Source: Okamejei kenojei
Lineage: Eukaryota
Direction: 5' to 3'
Assembly (NCBI GenBank): GCA_035221665.1
Contig: CM069163.1
Location: forward strand, 18,848,001 to 18,912,000
DNA: 64,000 bases
In this document: positions 61,306-64,000 of the stretch, piece by piece
Numbering within the stretch: the first letter of the stretch is position 1
Layout of the letters: each line of letters begins with the position of its first letter
The notes under the pieces: model-generated
Databases searched by the model: none
Seen by the model: only the letters and a program-made list of their open reading frames with translations
Told to the model about the DNA's origin: nothing
Position numbers and translations under genes: made by a program

Positions 61306-61592
61306 GACACAAGGTGCTGGAGGAACTCAGCAGGTCAGGCAGCATCTGAGGGCCCGACCCAAAATGTCGTCCATCGATTCCCTCCTCAGGTCCTGCCTGA
61401 CCCGCTGAGTTCTTCCAACACTGTGTTTAAGAAGGAACTGCAGATGCTGGAAAATCGAAGGTGGACAAAAGTGATGGAGAAACTCAGCGGGTGCAGCAGC
61501 ATCCATGAAATAGGCAACGTTTCGAGCTGTAACCAAAGGGCTTTGGGCCGAAACGTTACCTATTTCCTAAGCCCTTGCGTTTCGGCCCGAAA
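61306..61592. mobile_element. Compound cluster of Penelope-derived mini-elements
   Basis: Two nested or abutting fold-back units with repeated CCGAAACGTT / TTTCGG motifs. Confidence 0.6.
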
Positions 61593-61994
61593 TAATGTTG
61601 TTAACTGTCTACAGCGCCAACTTACCCAGCTGAATGGATATTTCCACGTGGTATCTAAGCAGGCAGAGGGATACAACGGTTGAATATCGGACAATTCTGA
61701 GGTCCCTAGGGTGGGCTAGTTCATGGAGCATGCTTGGTTGCGGTGGCCCTGTACGATTTCCCAGTTTAGAGGGCGATATGCATTGTCACATTCATGCCAA
61801 CTGTGTCAGGCTCTGCCCTGGGGCATGAATTTGATCACTTACATTGGAACACATGTAGACTAGTCTTCCCCTCTGGAATGCACTGAAATTCACAATTATT
61901 CAAATAAATTAACGTACAGAGAGGGTTGTTGATTTTCTATGACTGGTCTGTTTTCTGGATGTTCAGGTTATGAGTTTGTATTTCTTTTGTGCAG

Positions 61995-62210
61995 GAGTTG
62001 TTCAAGAAAGTAGTTCCATATCACTGCCTGGGAAGCATCTGGTCCCAGAGGGATAAGAAGGGGAAGGAACACGTGGCTCCAACAATACGTGCCACCGTCA
62101 CACAGTTTAACAGGGTCACCAACTGTGTCATTGCAACCTGTTTGAGTGACAAGACATTGAAGCCTCAACAGAGAGCCAAGATCATTGAGCGATGGGTTGA
62201 TGTGGCCAGG
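61995..62210 (+). CDS. RALGDS: RALGDS coding exon 7 (RasGEF domain, 72 aa)
   Basis: ELFKKVVPYHCLGSIWSQRDKKGKEHVAPTIRATVTQFNRVTNCVIATCLSDKTLKPQQRAKIIERWVDVAR; acceptor TTGTGCAG, donor AGG|GTAAGT. Confidence 0.95.
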
Positions 62211-62220
62211 GTAAGTTAGA

Positions 62221-62427
62221 CGTATTTAAGAAGGAACTGCAGATGCTGGAAAATCGAAGGTAGACAAAGTTGCTGGAGAAACTCAGCGGGTGCAGCAGCA
62301 TCTAAGGAGCGAAGGAAATAGGCAATGTTTCGGTCTGAAGAAGGGTTTCGGCCCGAAACGTTGCCTATTTCCTTTGCTCCTTAGATGCTGCTCCACCCAC
62401 TGAGTTTCTCCAGCACCTTTGTCTACC
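62221..62427. mobile_element. Fold-back Penelope-derived mini-element with 9-bp TSD overlapping the exon 7 donor
   Basis: TAAGTTAGA at 62212-62220 and 62428-62436; inverted arms surround a sense-strand core. Confidence 0.8.
62335..62362 (+). ncRNA. Minimal hammerhead-ribozyme-like core (sense to RALGDS pre-mRNA)
   Basis: CUGAAGA-A-GGGU(UUCG)GCCC-GAAAC-GUU; a 3-bp helix I is possible (GGU with GCC). Confidence 0.55.
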
Positions 62428-62857
62428 TAAGTTAGAAGTGAGGCAGGTGTGTGAGTAATATTTCTAAGCCCCAGTCTAGCACCAGGATTGTATTGGGAAG
62501 GCATTCATGACCATCCCAAATGGTGGAATCCCAGTCTAAGAGGAGTCGGTGAACATGGCAATATCTGGATAAGTCACCGCATCTCCATTACAGCCCAGAG
62601 CCTAAGTTGCCAACTCTGGCTGGAGATGTTCCTGGAGCTTTAAACACATGATCCCCCATCTCCATTGTGCTGCCCAAACCTTATTCTACCCACGCAATGC
62701 CACCAGCAGTTTCCACTTTTCAATTAACTTCCCTCATAATAAACGCTATGGAACTGATGCGCCACTATATTCTGTAATTTGTAACTTCCCCGTTGCTTCA
62801 TCTAGTGTACTTGGCTTTAACGTGATTGTCTTTATATATGGTGTAGTGCCAGTAATA

Positions 62858-63242
62858 TGTTTGTGGCTGCAGGAGTCAGTACTCTAGAAGCTATCCTAAG
62901 ACACCACATGTATAAATTCATTTGCAGGATAAATGACTCTAAAAATGTGCTTATTGTGGCCTTGACAAACATAAGGGTTAGCACTACACGCTACGAATCC
63001 CAGTTGTGGAGACACTGGTATCGTTGTCTCGTTGTACCACATTGATCATCTTTTACTCTGGATTTTTAACTTAAGTATTGTGGGTTTTTAAAAAAATATA
63101 TAAATTATGATGTTTTTTATGTGATTTACCATGATTTTATATATATTTATGATATTTGAGATGCAATGCATTTTTAATGTAATGTTGCCCCTTGTCTGGA
63201 CCTTGAGTCCGTAATAAAGTTATTATTATTATCATTATTATA
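62858..63242 (+). mobile_element. RTE-X-like LINE 3' end
   Basis: ORF 62857-63045 MFVAAGVSTLEAILRHHMYKFICRINDSKNVLI...RYESQLWRHWYRCL, then an AT-rich UTR, AATAAA and a (TAT)n tail. Confidence 0.55.
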
Positions 63243-63414
63243 TAGTATACCAGATCTGCTTGGATAGTATGCAAAACATAGCTTTTCACTGTGCCTCGGT
63301 ACACATGAAAATAATAAACTTAATCCTAATCCACTAGCTCCCTGAGTGAGTGAGTAAAGGGCTGACATGGACAGGCCAGGTGGTTTGATGACTCCAATGG
63401 GAGCTGAATGCTTT

Positions 63415-64000
63415 TAGAAACATAGAAACATAGAAATTAGGTGCAGGAGTAGGCCATTCGGCCCTTCGAGCCTGCACCGCCATTCAATATGATCATAGCT
63501 GATCATCCAACTCAGTATCCTGTACCTGCCTTCTCTCCGTACCCTCTGATCCCCTTAGCCACAAGGGCCACATCTAACTCCCTCTTAAATATAGCCAATG
63601 AACTGGCCTCAACTACCCTCTGTGGCAGAGAGTTCCAGAGACTCACCACTCTCTGTGTGAAAAAAGTCTTTCTCATCTCGGTCTTAAAGGATTTCCCCCT
63701 TATCCTTAAGCTGTGACCCCTTGTCCTGGACTTCCCCAACATCGGGAACAATCTTCCTGCATCTAGCCTGTCCAACCCCTTAAGAATTTTGTAAGTTTCT
63801 ATAAGATCCCCTCTCAATCTCCTAAATTCTAGAGAGTATAAACCGAGTCTATCCAGTCTTTCTTCATAAGACAGCCCTGACATCCCAGGAATCAGTCTGG
63901 TGAACCTTCTCTGCACTCCCTCTATGGCAATAATGTCCTTCCTCAGATTTGGAGACCAGAACTGTACGCAATACTCCAGGTGTGGTCTCACCAAGACCCT
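63415..64000 (-). mobile_element. Young CR1 LINE 3' region (continues beyond the window)
   Basis: ORF 63512-63994 is nearly identical to the ORF at 6862-7674; (CATAGAAA)n tail. Confidence 0.95.

Noticed and set aside
34952-62210. Calling the gene RGL1, RGL2 or RGL3
   Set aside because: Exon 1 (VRLEV, FTQLDPDLP), QEIGEE, KGQRWLG, ENESA.NLYETCK, VAEQFTLMDA and CLGSIWSQRDKKGKEH match RalGDS better as I recall the family; phylogeny would confirm.
803-62427. Recurrent palindromic units as CRISPR repeats, REP elements or rho-independent terminators
   Set aside because: The copies are dispersed rather than regularly spaced, have TSDs, have no cas genes nearby, and lie in a spliced vertebrate gene context.

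Overview
Eukaryotic, repeat-rich vertebrate genomic DNA, not prokaryotic. The repeat landscape (HE1-type V-SINEs, CR1 LINEs with microsatellite tails, Rex1/Babar-like LINEs) points to a cartilaginous fish, probably a skate or ray (inference). The only host gene I can support is the 5' part of RALGDS (Ral guanine nucleotide dissociation stimulator) on the + strand. It has seven coding exons, at 34952-35134, 55075-55185, 56604-56796, 57561-57632, 58947-59137, 61050-61171 and 61995-62210, and continues past the window end. Exon 3 is 1 nt short, giving a frameshift at an A-run that is either an assembly error or a null allele. The rest is intron or upstream DNA packed with retroelements and DNA-transposon MITEs (PIF/Harbinger-like palindromes, hAT elements, a Helitron-like element). 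The most striking signal is a family of about 20 short (90-250 bp) non-coding insertions, often fold-back palindromes with 9-17 bp target-site duplications. They carry a minimal hammerhead-ribozyme-like core (CTGAAGA-A-stemII-GAAAC-GTH), the motif known from Penelope-like element repeats. One copy landed in the exon 7 splice donor with the core in the sense orientation. All identifications come from reading the sequence and recalled family motifs; no searches were run.
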